This document shows positions 48,829-59,683 of a stretch of 64,000 nucleotides of DNA, in pieces (the stretch's first letter is position 1; the number at the start of each line of letters is the position of its first letter). The DNA comes from Gemmatales bacterium (lineage in GTDB: Bacteria; Planctomycetota; Planctomycetia; Gemmatales; HRBIN36): the NCBI GenBank assembly GCA_041640595.1, contig JBEPZY010000004.1:194373-258372 (forward strand), written 5' to 3'. The position numbers and the translations under genes are program-made. The notes beneath the pieces are model-generated. The model ran no database searches, was not told where the DNA came from, and worked only from the letters and a program-made list of their open reading frames with translations.

Positions 48829-49345
48829 CCAGGGCAGATGGACACCCGTTGCTCGCAACACCGAATGCGTACTGTCTCGTTCACACACCGTGCAGGCTCC
48901 CGATAGCATGCGTCATGCTCCTGGTGCGATGCTGCGTGTCTGCAAAGGGCAGCCCTGTGCGAGAGCGAATCATCGCCGCTGTGGTATTACGTAATGGCAC
49001 AAGTGTAATACTAAACCAGCATGGGAGCGTCCAGAGGAAACGCACGGAACGCTGAGCGATGCGGTTCAGGAGTGGACGCAGGCCAGGGCGTGGTCATTCG
49101 CGTCAACCTTCCGAACAGGGACCGGAACATTCCGCGATTGACGCAGGACGTGTCCAGTTCCTAGGATGGTAGCCAGAATTTCCGTCTCCAATCGCGTGAT
49201 CTAAGGTCAGGCGGACGGTTGCCGAACCACAGCCCGTGGATGCTGGCCGCTTTCGCTGCGGTAAGGTTTGCCTGGGCGGAAAATGGCACCGGCAGCTTGT
49301 ACAATAGGCGTTCAAGATGGCTAGGCGGAAAGCGGAGAACCAACC

Positions 49346-50893
49346 ATGAGCGCCTATCTCGGTATTGACGTTGGTACCAGCGGCACCAAGACGGTGATCT
49401 GCCGCGAGGACGGTACCATTCTGGCAACAGCCACCGCAGAACATCCGTCGTACTATCCCCAGCCCGGCTGGTCGGAACAGGAGCCAGAAGATTGGTGGAA
49501 AAGTACGGTGCAGAGCGTTCGGCAGGCGCTCAGCCGCGCCGGCATTCCCGGCACCGAGATTCGCGGCATCGGTTTGAGTGGACAGATGCACGGCTCGGTG
49601 TTTCTGGACGAAAAGGGTCAGGTCTTACGACGGGCCATTTTGTGGAACGACCAGCGCACAGCCGAGCAATGTCGCCAGATCGAGGAAGCAGCGGGTGGTC
49701 GGGCCAACCTGATCCGTATGGTGGGAAATCCAGCCTTTACCGGTTTCACGGCACCAAAAATCCTCTGGCTGCGTCAGCATGAGCCGCACCTGTACGAACG
49801 CACCCGCAAAATTCTTTTGCCGAAAGACTACATCCGCTACCGGCTCACCGGGGAATTCGTTACGGAAGTCAGCGACGCTTCGGGGACCCTGTTGCTGGAT
49901 GTGGCCGGGCGACAATGGTGCAAGCCGTTACTGGCTCGACTGCAAATAGCGGAGGAGTTGCTGCCGGTGTGCGTGGAATCGCAGGAAATTACAGGTCGCC
50001 TGACCAGCGCGGCAGCACAGGAATTGGGACTGTCGGCAGGCGTACCGGTGGTTGGCGGAGCTGGGGATCAGGCAGCCGGAGCCGTCGGCAACGGCATTGT
50101 CCGCACCGGTGTCCTCAGTGCCACGATGGGAACCAGCGGCGTAGTGTTCGCGCACAGCGACCACGTCCAGACCGATCCGCAGGGTCGAGTGCACACCATG
50201 TGTCACGCCGTCAAAGGTGCTTGGCACCTGATGGGCGTCGTGCTGAGTGCGGGCGGAAGTTTGCAATGGTTCCGCAATCATTTTGCCACCGCGGAAATGC
50301 GTCTGGCGGCGGAACGGCAGGTGGATGCTTACGATCTCATCCTGGCACTGGCCGAGCAAGCCCCACCGGGAGCTGAGGGACTTTTGTTCCTCCCGTACCT
50401 GACCGGCGAGCGTCATCCTCATGCCGATCCTTATGCTCGCGGAGCGTGGATCGGCCTGACAGTGCGACACGGTTGGCGGCACCTGGCACGGGCAGTGGTC
50501 GAAGGAGCCACGCTGGCTCTGCGCGATTGTCTCAATGTCATGACCGAACTCGGTATCGTACCCCAGCAGATTCGCCTTTCCGGTGGCGGTGCTCGCAATC
50601 CGTTCTGGCGACAGCTTCAGGCCGACATCTACGGTCATCGAGTCGCCCTGGTCAACGCCCGCGAAGGCCCAGCATTCGGGGTGGCCATCCTGGCTATGGT
50701 CGGTACCGGTGCCTACCGTTCTGTTCCCGAAGCCTGCGATGCCACCATCCGCGTAACCGAAGAGATCGCCCCGCGGCCGGCCCTGGTCGCTTTCTATGAA
50801 CGTTGCTACCAGGAATACAGGCAACTGTACCCGGCACTGGTCGCATCATTTCCACGGCTGGCGCAACTGGCCCAGGCACAATTGAACTCCTGA
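49346..50893 (+). CDS. xylB: Xylulokinase (FGGY family)
   Basis: LGIDVGTSGTK, SGQMHG, LWNDQRT and GAGDQAAGA. Confidence 0.92.
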   Translation: MSAYLGIDVGTSGTKTVICREDGTILATATAEHPSYYPQPGWSEQEPEDWWKSTVQSVRQALSRAGIPGTEIRGIGLSGQMHGSVFLDEKGQVLRRAILWNDQRTAEQCRQIEEAAGGRANLIRMVGNPAFTGFTAPKILWLRQHEPHLYERTRKILLPKDYIRYRLTGEFVTEVSDASGTLLLDVAGRQWCKPLLARLQIAEELLPVCVESQEITGRLTSAAAQELGLSAGVPVVGGAGDQAAGAVGNGIVRTGVLSATMGTSGVVFAHSDHVQTDPQGRVHTMCHAVKGAWHLMGVVLSAGGSLQWFRNHFATAEMRLAAERQVDAYDLILALAEQAPPGAEGLLFLPYLTGERHPHADPYARGAWIGLTVRHGWRHLARAVVEGATLALRDCLNVMTELGIVPQQIRLSGGGARNPFWRQLQADIYGHRVALVNAREGPAFGVAILAMVGTGAYRSVPEACDATIRVTEEIAPRPALVAFYERCYQEYRQLYPALVASFPRLAQLAQAQLNS

Positions 50894-50923
50894 CGATACA
50901 CCGCAAAATTGGTCGTGGCTCGG

Positions 50924-51679
50924 TCAGCGACGTTTGCGGCGTTGCAGTTGGCGTTGCCAGTACGCTGGCACTCCCGCCCACGCCTGCTCATACGCCCGCT
51001 CCAGCGGCACCAATACATAATGCTCCACCGTCAAAAACACCGGCATCTCCGGCAACACCTCCCCGTACTTCACCCGCTCCACATACGCCCGCATCGGTTC
51101 CGCCGATACGTAACTGGCCAGCGTCACCGCCTCGCTCTCTTTTTGCGGACTTTCCCCATCCACTTCCGCCCAGATTTGCTCATGCAACCCCGGCCGGTCA
51201 TACCGCCCACACGCAAACACATCCACCAGCAACACGTGCACACCGTGGTGCAGCAGTTCCACGATCTTCCGCACCAGCTCCGCCACCGCACCGGGACGGT
51301 CTTTGTTGGCCGGCGAGGTGATTTCGATGATTGCCACGAGCCGATGACCGCTGGTATGGCGGATGGCCAGGGTTCGCCGCAACCGCCGATAAGTCGCTGC
51401 CACCAGTTGCTGCCGCACCCGTGGCGGTGATTTGCTGATGGTCAACACGTTGCCGCCGTTGAGACCGGGCGTGCTCTTTTTGCCCTGCGGTGGTTGTGCG
51501 GAACTGGCGTGCAGGGTCAGGATGTCCGGCACATACTGCCCGGCATGCTGCTCCACCAACGCATAATACTCCGCCGGCAACAGACCGCTGTTGAGAGCGT
51601 CCGACAAGCGGCTAATCCACAGGATGTGGAAATGGTGATAGACACCGGCCTCCACCCGCGACCAATCATGCACCGGCAT
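50924..51679 (-). CDS. DUF4058 family protein (Uma2-like restriction-endonuclease fold)
   Basis: MPVHDWSRVEAGVYHHFH and IEITSPANK. Confidence 0.8.
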   Translation of the reverse strand: MPVHDWSRVEAGVYHHFHILWISRLSDALNSGLLPAEYYALVEQHAGQYVPDILTLHASSAQPPQGKKSTPGLNGGNVLTISKSPPRVRQQLVAATYRRLRRTLAIRHTSGHRLVAIIEITSPANKDRPGAVAELVRKIVELLHHGVHVLLVDVFACGRYDRPGLHEQIWAEVDGESPQKESEAVTLASYVSAEPMRAYVERVKYGEVLPEMPVFLTVEHYVLVPLERAYEQAWAGVPAYWQRQLQRRKRR

Positions 51680-52043
51680 GGACCTGGCTCCAGAACCGCT
51701 ATCTTCTCCGTCCGCATTATACCGGAAGCTGGCCGATTGCGAACGCCATCAGAGGCGGCACCATGAGTGCACGCGATAGTGGCACCGATACCCGGCATCC
51801 TGGCAGCGGGCGATCAGCTCTTCACCGTCCGACACGCCAGCGGCATCGATGCTCGGCATCCAAGATATGGTTGCCGGCCGAATGTTCGACGGCTCAGTCC
51901 AAACGACAACACCGGCTGGGCCGGCCATTCCAGCACTGGTGTCTGGCGGGATTCGGCCTAAAATAGTCCGAGCGAAAGTCGGTGCGGTTGTCGCTGCGCC
52001 GATGGATTCAGCCTGGACAGAAGCGAGTTCCAGGAGGTCGCCT

Positions 52044-55000
52044 GTGTCGCAAGAGCAACCTAAAGGTCTGGCCGCTGTCATTGACGTGTTGCGTGAAAAA
52101 TACGATTGGAAGCTCGACCAGGAAATCGGTCGTGGCGGGTTTGGCGTGGTGTTTCGCGAACAGGTGAACGGCATGATGCGGGCCGTCAAAATCACTCTCG
52201 ATCCGCTCGATCGGCTCACCGCAGGGCTTAGCGATGTCCAGCGTCAGCAAGCACTGCAACGGGAACGCGAAGCCCTGGAATTGCTCACGCGGATCGGCAA
52301 CCATCCCCATCTGTTGACACTCATCAGCTGGGAGGAAGTGTTGGGCCACCTGGTTACGGTTTGGGAATACGCGGCCGATGGCACGTTACTGGATCGGCTG
52401 CGGGAGCATCAGCGGCAAAACGGACAATGCGGATTGCCGCTGGATCAATTGATCCCGTGGATGGAACAGGCGGCGGAAGGCCTCGAGTTTCTCAACAGCC
52501 GGGGGATTTACCATCGCGACATCAAACCGCAAAATTTGTTTCTGGTCGGCGAGCAGGTGAAAGTCGGCGATCTGGGATTTTTGAAGCTGGCGGGGCTGAG
52601 CACGGCATCGCAGACGGGCGTGGGCACGGTTGGCTATCTGCCGCTGGAGGCGTACCCGCGGAGTGCGAACGAGAAGGGTCGGTTGCATGAAACGATTGAT
52701 GTGTACGGACTGGCGGCGACGTATGTCCATCTGCGCACGGGCAAGCCGCCTTTTGGCACGAGCGAGCTGATGATTATTGATCGCCAGAAACGTGGTCAGC
52801 CGTGCACCGATGGCATGACGCCGGCCGAAGCCGAGTGGGTGCGTCAAGCCTTGTCGCCCCGTCCGGACCAACGCCCCCGATCGGTCAGGGAATTCGTGCG
52901 AGAACTCGGCAATCGTTTGTCTGCCAGTGAGCTGAGCCAGCGCGTAAGCATCCGGGAGTTCGGTTTCTCGCCCTCGCCTATTGAGTTGCGTATCGCCAGG
53001 CCACGGCAAGTCGAGGGCAGTACGCTGCCACCATTGCCCAGAGAACTGGCGCAAGCGCAGGCGCAGCTGCTGGCCCTGCCGGAATTGATCCGCCAGGTGC
53101 AAGACGGGACGCACCCGGCGTTGCAGCGCCACTGGCAGGTCGTGCAGCAAGCCGAGCAACAACTGCAACAGTTAAAAGCAGCTTTGCAAGCGACACCGCT
53201 GCCAACCGGTCTATCCGTTGCCGATGCGCAAACCATATTCAAGACACTCCAACGGGACCCCGAAGCTTCTCTGGTAGGGTTGTATCGGCTGGCAGGCAAT
53301 GTCTCTCGATGGGCGTTTGCTCACTGGCTGAAGATGGCCAAGTCCTGCGTTCTGGCCCAGCGCCAGTATGAGCAACTCCGACAGCAGTACCTGAGTTACG
53401 CTCATGAACAGCTGCAGAGAATGCAGCAGCTGTTAGAGCGGCTCAAGGAAGAAGTAGGCCGGCTTCAATACCGGGACCTGGTACAGTTGCTTGCCGGGTA
53501 TCGTGCACGAATTGGCACTGGCAGCGAGACGCTTCCGGTGGAGTTGTGGATTCAGCTAGGCCCGGAATTAGAACGGCGCTACATCGGCTGGAACGCACAA
53601 ACGCTGCTCGAGCAAGCCGAATGGGCCTGGGGAGCAACGGTTCAGTTCCTGAAGCAACAGCGGCGCCGGAGGCGGCTGCGCCTTGTCCTTGGCCTGCTTA
53701 TACTCGTGCTGGCCTTCATCTTGGGAATCCTAGTGTATGCCTGGCCTCCTTCGTTGCAAGTATCCGCCACGCAACCTGACCAGCCCGTTGCTGGCGAACC
53801 GTGGGAGGTGGAATTCCGAACCTGGTCACTTTGGGGTCGGCCCGTGTCTGTCGAATGGCGCTATGCGGGCGAGACGCAGTGGCAACGGCTGGAGGAGCCG
53901 AAACTGCGCATCCCGGAGATTAAAGCCGACAGTCTAGCCCTGGAATTTCGCCCCGTGGACAGCAAAGGTTTTCTCGGTAACGCGATCCAACAACGAGTTT
54001 ACGTTCCCGTTCCGACGCTGAAAATCACGAAACAGGATCCGCCGAATGGCCCGATAGCGGGCGAGCCGTTTACCATTGAGTTCGAGGCGACTTCACCGGT
54101 GGGCCGGACCGTCCACGTCGAGTGGCGCTACGCTGGCGATACACAGTGGCGGCGACTGTCCGAGCAAAAGTTGCATATTGCGGAGGTCAAAGGCGACGCT
54201 CTGGCTCTCGAATTCCGCGCCGTGGACAGCAAGGACTTTATCGGTTCTGCTCTCGAAGGGCGCTGGCGGGTCTTGCCTCCTGCTCCGTCGCTGAAAATCA
54301 CCAAGCAGGATCCGCCGAATGGGCCGATAGCGGGCGACCCGTTCACCATTGAGTTCGAGGCGACTTCACCGGCGGGCCGGACCGTCCACGTCGAGTGGCG
54401 CTACGCTGGCGATACACAGTGGCAGCGACTGTCCGAGCAAAAGTTGCATATTCCGGAGGTCAAAGGCGAAACTCTGGCTCTCGAATTCCGCGCCGTGGAC
54501 AGCAAGGGCTTCGCCAGCACCGTGAGCCCGTACCTCTTGCTTGTATTCGCAGATAAGGACAGCTACGCGCGCCGCGAAGTGCGGCTCTTCACGGGGCACG
54601 AGAATCGGGTCTGGAGCGTCGCGGTGACGCCCGATGGCAAATACGTCGTTTCGGGAAGCGACGACAAAACGGTGCGTTTGTGGGACTTGGCGACGGGGAA
54701 AGAAGTGCGGCGGTTCACGGGGCACTGGCCTTCGGTCTATAGCGTTGCGGTGACGCCCAATGACAAATACGTCGTTTCGGGAAGCGGGGGCTACACGGTG
54801 CGGGTGTGGGAGCTGGCGACGGGGAAGGAAGTGCGGGAGCTCACGGCGCACGAGGGTTCGGTCAATAGCGTCGCGGTGACGCCCGATGGTAAATACGTCG
54901 TTTCGGGAAGCGGGGACAAAACGGTGCGTTTGTGGGACCTGGCGACGGGGAAAGAAGTGCGGCGGTTCACGGGGCACGGCGATTCGGTGAGGACCGTCGC

Positions 55001-55460
55001 GGTGACGCCCGATGGCAAATACGTCGTTTCGGGAAGCTGGGACAACACGGTGCGTTTGTGGGAGCTGGCGACGGGGCAAGAAGTGCGGCGGTTCACGGCG
55101 CACGAGGGTTGGGTCAGGAGCGTCGCGGTGACGCCCGATGGCCAATACGTCGTCTCGGGAGGCTATGACAACACGGTGCGTTTGTGGGAGCTGGCGACGG
55201 GGAAAGAAGTGCGGCGGTTCACGGGGCACCGGAGCGCGGTCTCGAGCGTCGCGGTGACCCCCGATGGCAAATACGTCGTTTCGGGAAGCGACGACAACAC
55301 GGTGCGTTTGTGGGACCTGGCGACGGGGAAAGAAGTGCGGCGGTTCACGGGGCACGGCGATTCGGTGAGGACCGTCGCGGTGACGCCCGATGGCAAATAC
55401 GTCGTTTCGGGAAGCGGGGACGAAACGGTGCGGGTGTGGTACATCGGCGACCTGAAGTGA
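52044..55460 (+). CDS. Receptor-like Ser/Thr kinase: kinase, helical linker, TM helix, 3 Ig-like repeats and 7 WD40 repeats
   Basis: IGRGGFG, HRDIKPQN and GDLG; TM helix after RRRRRLR; WD40 units of 126 nt from 54576; GTG at 52044 follows AGGAGG (ORF open from 51849). Confidence 0.92.
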   Translation: MSQEQPKGLAAVIDVLREKYDWKLDQEIGRGGFGVVFREQVNGMMRAVKITLDPLDRLTAGLSDVQRQQALQREREALELLTRIGNHPHLLTLISWEEVLGHLVTVWEYAADGTLLDRLREHQRQNGQCGLPLDQLIPWMEQAAEGLEFLNSRGIYHRDIKPQNLFLVGEQVKVGDLGFLKLAGLSTASQTGVGTVGYLPLEAYPRSANEKGRLHETIDVYGLAATYVHLRTGKPPFGTSELMIIDRQKRGQPCTDGMTPAEAEWVRQALSPRPDQRPRSVREFVRELGNRLSASELSQRVSIREFGFSPSPIELRIARPRQVEGSTLPPLPRELAQAQAQLLALPELIRQVQDGTHPALQRHWQVVQQAEQQLQQLKAALQATPLPTGLSVADAQTIFKTLQRDPEASLVGLYRLAGNVSRWAFAHWLKMAKSCVLAQRQYEQLRQQYLSYAHEQLQRMQQLLERLKEEVGRLQYRDLVQLLAGYRARIGTGSETLPVELWIQLGPELERRYIGWNAQTLLEQAEWAWGATVQFLKQQRRRRRLRLVLGLLILVLAFILGILVYAWPPSLQVSATQPDQPVAGEPWEVEFRTWSLWGRPVSVEWRYAGETQWQRLEEPKLRIPEIKADSLALEFRPVDSKGFLGNAIQQRVYVPVPTLKITKQDPPNGPIAGEPFTIEFEATSPVGRTVHVEWRYAGDTQWRRLSEQKLHIAEVKGDALALEFRAVDSKDFIGSALEGRWRVLPPAPSLKITKQDPPNGPIAGDPFTIEFEATSPAGRTVHVEWRYAGDTQWQRLSEQKLHIPEVKGETLALEFRAVDSKGFASTVSPYLLLVFADKDSYARREVRLFTGHENRVWSVAVTPDGKYVVSGSDDKTVRLWDLATGKEVRRFTGHWPSVYSVAVTPNDKYVVSGSGGYTVRVWELATGKEVRELTAHEGSVNSVAVTPDGKYVVSGSGDKTVRLWDLATGKEVRRFTGHGDSVRTVAVTPDGKYVVSGSWDNTVRLWELATGQEVRRFTAHEGWVRSVAVTPDGQYVVSGGYDNTVRLWELATGKEVRRFTGHRSAVSSVAVTPDGKYVVSGSDDNTVRLWDLATGKEVRRFTGHGDSVRTVAVTPDGKYVVSGSGDETVRVWYIGDLK

Positions 55461-55663
55461 GTGGCCAGCGGGGAACAAGGATGCCGAATGGGATGCGGGA
55501 TTGGGATGGGCGATTGGCGGCCAGGAATTGGCAACCGGGAACGTGGAGTTGGGACGGCGAAGTAGCTGGCACATCGCTGATGCGATGCGGTGCCATCTGC
55601 CGACCGACGAATCAAACGCGGCAGGTGTCAGCACGACCCGCTGCCCGCAGTAAACGCCGAGTC

Positions 55664-56162
55664 AAGAGCGGCGGGCGTCAGCCCGCCGTGGTTCTGTGAT
55701 ACGAACGTTGTGCAGCGAGAAACGCACTTCGTTCAGCGACTAGCGAACGGACGAACAAGAGCGGCGGGCGTCAGCCCGCCGTGGTTCTGTGATACGAACG
55801 TTGTGCAGCGAGAAGCGCACTTCGTTCAGCGACTAGCGAACGGACGAACAAGAGCGGCGGGCGTCAGCCCGCCGTGGTTCTGGTCGGGCGAACGTTGTCG
55901 GTAATGTGTTGGAAATGCACGTGCACTAGCGTGTGCGAAACCACGGGGGGCTTACGCCCCCCGCTCTTGGATTGCAGTGCGCATGTCTGCCGGTGAAAAG
56001 CGATTTTTGCGATGCGTAAACGCACGCCTGTAGAGCGGTGGGCGTCAGCCCGCCGTGGTTTGGATTCGCACTTGCGACGGCGACCGGCTTTTGCGGAGTG
56101 ATTATGTTTCGGCCCGCACATTCGCCTCCCCTACCACGGCTGGCTCACGCCAGCCGCTCCTG
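55664..56162. repeat. Cluster of REP-like palindromes, partly in 93-nt tandem units
   Basis: GAGCGGCGGGCGTCAGCCCGCCGTGG at 55666, 55759 and 55852, plus inverted variants. Confidence 0.85.
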
Positions 56163-56268
56163 GTTGCAGGTGCGGTGGTCGTCGCGGATGTGCGGTTCGG
56201 CTGACGGCTGTCGAAACGGTTTTTGAGCGTCCGGCGGAACGCAAAAGGGAACTCCGTCCGGCGTGTGG

Positions 56269-57012
56269 TTATTCATCGGAGTAGCGGCGGCGGATTTCGT
56301 CGCGGAGCCGGGCAGCACGCTCGTAATCTTCCTGGGCCACCGCTTCGGCAAGTTGTTCCTTGAGCGTGGCGGTGATCTGGTGCATGGTGCGAATTTGCTG
56401 TTGCATGTCCTGGAGATGCCGCAGCATCGGGTCTTCTTCGATGCGGTCGTGCAGGGAGTGTTTTTCGTAAAAAGCGCAGATGTGTTCGATTCCCGCCTGC
56501 AGTTCGTCAATCGCCCGTTCGGGATCGTTGCGTTCGAGAGCTAAACCGGCAGCAGCCTGGGCACGGTGAAAATGAACAAAACCGCGATACTGTTCGTGAG
56601 CCAGAGCGTATTCTTCATTCGGAGCGTAGCGGTTGACGAAATCCATGAAGGCGAGGGTGTGGTCGGCGTCGGCGATGGCGCGTTCGTAGAGCCGCAAAGT
56701 CAACCAGCAGAGTCGCCGATGGTAATACTGCAAAAATTCGCGGTCAGCCTCCTGGCACTGTTCGGGGTTCATGCGGAAGCGTTGTCCGGAAGCCCGCGCT
56801 TGAGCGGCCTGATGGCGGAGATAATCGAGGTAGGTGGGAAAGCCATGCGGTCGCTGACCGTCGGGGCGACCCTCGATTTCCATTTGCAAAATGCCGAGGT
56901 CCACACGCATCTGCAACACCTGTCGGCCATCGGACGCATCTACCAGTCGGGCCTGAACCATGCCCGGCCGAAATTCCCACCCCGCCAGAGCGGCATCAAT
57001 GTCCTGCGGCAT
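56269..57012 (-). CDS. UvrB/UvrC-motif-containing protein
   Basis: C-terminal LAEAVAQEDYERAARLRDEI; N-terminal LQMRVDLGILQMEIEGRPDG. Confidence 0.85.
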   Translation of the reverse strand: MPQDIDAALAGWEFRPGMVQARLVDASDGRQVLQMRVDLGILQMEIEGRPDGQRPHGFPTYLDYLRHQAAQARASGQRFRMNPEQCQEADREFLQYYHRRLCWLTLRLYERAIADADHTLAFMDFVNRYAPNEEYALAHEQYRGFVHFHRAQAAAGLALERNDPERAIDELQAGIEHICAFYEKHSLHDRIEEDPMLRHLQDMQQQIRTMHQITATLKEQLAEAVAQEDYERAARLRDEIRRRYSDE

Positions 57013-57373
57013 ACTCAGACTCCCATAAAAAGCTCTCCATTAGCATTATGAGGCGTAACACTCCGCCTGGAAAAGGCCCGTGCGAAGGTTGGCAGGGCAA
57101 GCGAGACCGTGCAACCGATGCCGGGCGAAAGGACGTTCGGCCAGGCGCAGGCTGAACCGCCGGCAGAGTTGTTTTCGCCCGCACCAGTCGCTAAAATTTA
57201 CCGCAGGCAGGAAAACTTGCCGCGCCACCGGTTCGGTAGCGATCGGTCGGGTAGAATGACGATTGGAATGACGATCCGCTAACCCACACGCCGACAACGG
57301 GTGCGGGCTTGAAGCGGAACAAAAAGTGACCGGTCGGGAGGAGCCGACCATCCGGATAGGGAGAAGATCGGCA

Positions 57374-57718
57374 ATGCGGAGTCGGATAGGGACGGTAGTT
57401 CTGCTGGCTTTGCTGATGGGGATGCTGGCGAAAACGGATAATCTGGCCGCTTGTCCTGGTTGCAAGGAAGCGGTGGCGGCTCAGGACATTGAATCCGATT
57501 CGGATGTGTACAGTCCCAGCCAGCTGGCCCGTGCCTACAACTACAGCATTTATTTCATGCTGACGATGCCGGCGTTGATCCTGACGTTTTTCGGAGCGGC
57601 GTGCTATATTCTGACAAAACGAGCCGCCGCAGCACGATCTCATCCGGCCAGTTCCGCCGCTGAGGCAAGTCCGACGGAAACCCTGCCCAGGAGCGGGAGT
57701 TGTCCAGCTTGTGAGTGA
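57374..57718 (+). CDS. Small membrane protein with CxxC
   Basis: Signal peptide, ACPGCKEAV and one TM helix; overlaps the next start. Confidence 0.7.
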   Translation: MRSRIGTVVLLALLMGMLAKTDNLAACPGCKEAVAAQDIESDSDVYSPSQLARAYNYSIYFMLTMPALILTFFGAACYILTKRAAAARSHPASSAAEASPTETLPRSGSCPACE

Positions 57719-58241
57719 GGCGTTGGAGCGGTCGGAGAAGGCGGCTGGTGTGCGTATTCGCCCTGCCCGGGTGGCAGATGTACCGGCGTTGTATGCGCTC
57801 ATCAAGGTGCATGCAGAACGGGGCAAAATGATTCTGCGTACTCTGGACGAGCTGTACGCCAACATCCGCGAGTTTCAGGTGGCGGAAACTTCGCAGGGCG
57901 AGCTGGTCGGTTGTGCAGCCGCTCACGTGTTCTGGAACGATCTGGCGGAATTGAAATGCCTGGCGGTGCGCGACGACTGGCAGGGCCGGGGAATCGGTCG
58001 GGCTTTGTGTACCGCCTGTTTGCAGGATTTGGCCCGGCTCGGTGTACGCCAGGTCTTTACGCTGACCAACGCACCTGAGTTTTTCGAGAAGCTCGGCTAT
58101 CGCCGGGTGGACAAAAATAGCCTGCCGCGGTTCATCTGGGGCGAATGCATCCGCTGCCCGACGTTTCCCATTTGCAACGAGGAAGCCCTGGTGCGTGACG
58201 TGCCGGTCAGCGAAGCGGCGAGTCTGTCACCTGACGCATGA
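57711..58241 (+). CDS. GNAT N-acetyltransferase (short ArgA-like)
   Basis: IRPARVADV, LAELKCLAV, QGRGIGRAL and FFEKLGY. Confidence 0.88.
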   Translation: MSEALERSEKAAGVRIRPARVADVPALYALIKVHAERGKMILRTLDELYANIREFQVAETSQGELVGCAAAHVFWNDLAELKCLAVRDDWQGRGIGRALCTACLQDLARLGVRQVFTLTNAPEFFEKLGYRRVDKNSLPRFIWGECIRCPTFPICNEEALVRDVPVSEAASLSPDA

Positions 58242-58277
58242 ACCAGCCTGGGGGCAAACGATAGGACGGCGGTGGCA

Positions 58278-59651
58278 TCATTCGAATGGATTGCCCGGGG
58301 CAAGATTTTCCATCCGCATGTATTGCTTGAGGTAAGCGAGGCGAACGTCGCCGGTCGGGCCGTTGCGCTGTTTGCCGATGATCACTTCCAGCACGCCAGG
58401 GTCCTGATCGGGATTGTAATACTCCGGACGGTGCAGGAGAAAAACGGTATCGGCATCCTGTTCGATGGCGCCGCTTTCGCGGAGATCGGAGAGTCGTGGC
58501 CGGTTGTCAGTGCGGTCTTCCGGACCGCGATTGAGCTGAGCACAGGCCACCACAGGAATGTTCAATTCCTTGGCCAGATGCTTGAGCCGACGGGAAATGG
58601 CCGCCACCTGTTCCTGCCGGCTTTCTCGACGTGATCGGCTGTCGGATTCGATAAGCTGGAGATAATCAATGATGAGCAGGCGGAGGTTATGCCGCAGTTT
58701 CAATCGGCGGGCGTTGGCGGCAATGCGGAGCATGTCCTGAGCCGGCGTGTCGTCAATGAAAAACTTGGCCGTCGAGAGATCATTTCCCGCCGCGTGCAAC
58801 CGACGCATCTCCTCCGCGCTGAGATGTCCCTTGCGGAGCTTGTGGCTATCAATGCGGGCATGGCAACAGAGCAACCGCTCGGCCAGTTCGATCCGCGATT
58901 GCTCCAGGCTAACGAAAAAGACAGCGTGGCCCTCTTCCAGAGCGACATGGCGAGCGATGTTGAGAGCGAAGGCGGTTTTGCCCATGCTCGGCCGGGCGGC
59001 AATGATGATCAGTTCCGAATCCTGCAGTCCGGCCGTTTTTTCATCGAGGTCGAGAAAGCCCGTGGAAAGGCCGCTCAGCGCCCCGCCACTCTGCCGCTGA
59101 TGCCGTTGATCAATTCGGCTATAAGCCTGGGCGATGCATTCTTCCAGGGTAAAGGTCTGCCCGGTCAGGCCCCATTCGGCAATCTGCAGGATTTTGCGCT
59201 CCGCCTCCTCCAGGATATCGTCGGCTGGGGCGCTTTGTTCGTGAGCCAGACTGAGGATTTCGTTGGAGGCGTGGATGAGATCGCGGATGATGGCTTTATC
59301 ACGAACGATGCGGGCGTGGTATTCGGCATGGGCTGCTGTCGGTGTGGCATCCCACAAACTGGCCAGGTAGGCATACCCACCAACAAGCTCGATTTGCTTT
59401 TGCTGGTACAACCGCTCGCTAATGGTAACGAGGTCGGCGGGCTGACCGTGATCGTATAAATCCACGATGGCGCGGAAAATCGCCCGATGGGCCGGGTCGT
59501 AAAAATAGTCCTCCTTGCGGATGATTTGCAACACATCCCCGATGACGCGGTTGTCCCGCATCATACTGCCGAGCACGGCACGCTCCGCTTCGAGATTTTG
59601 CGGAGGTAAGTAGGCAGAAGGAAGTACCGCCGCAGTCGCACTCTGCGACAT
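58278..59651 (-). CDS. dnaB: Replicative DNA helicase
   Basis: PPQNLEAE, AARPSMGKT, IIDYLQL and DLRESGAIEQDAD. Confidence 0.97.
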   Translation of the reverse strand: MSQSATAAVLPSAYLPPQNLEAERAVLGSMMRDNRVIGDVLQIIRKEDYFYDPAHRAIFRAIVDLYDHGQPADLVTISERLYQQKQIELVGGYAYLASLWDATPTAAHAEYHARIVRDKAIIRDLIHASNEILSLAHEQSAPADDILEEAERKILQIAEWGLTGQTFTLEECIAQAYSRIDQRHQRQSGGALSGLSTGFLDLDEKTAGLQDSELIIIAARPSMGKTAFALNIARHVALEEGHAVFFVSLEQSRIELAERLLCCHARIDSHKLRKGHLSAEEMRRLHAAGNDLSTAKFFIDDTPAQDMLRIAANARRLKLRHNLRLLIIDYLQLIESDSRSRRESRQEQVAAISRRLKHLAKELNIPVVACAQLNRGPEDRTDNRPRLSDLRESGAIEQDADTVFLLHRPEYYNPDQDPGVLEVIIGKQRNGPTGDVRLAYLKQYMRMENLAPGNPFE

Positions 59652-59683
59652 CGGACGTTCCCTAACTGGAAGAAGATGCCCGA

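Noticed and set aside
54576..55457. Diversity-generating retroelement target
   Set aside because: No reverse transcriptase or template repeat in the window, and the variation is not adenine-specific.
55461..55550. Another period-66 pair (GGGAAC at 55471 and 55537)
   Set aside because: Similarity is too short and weak to distinguish from chance.
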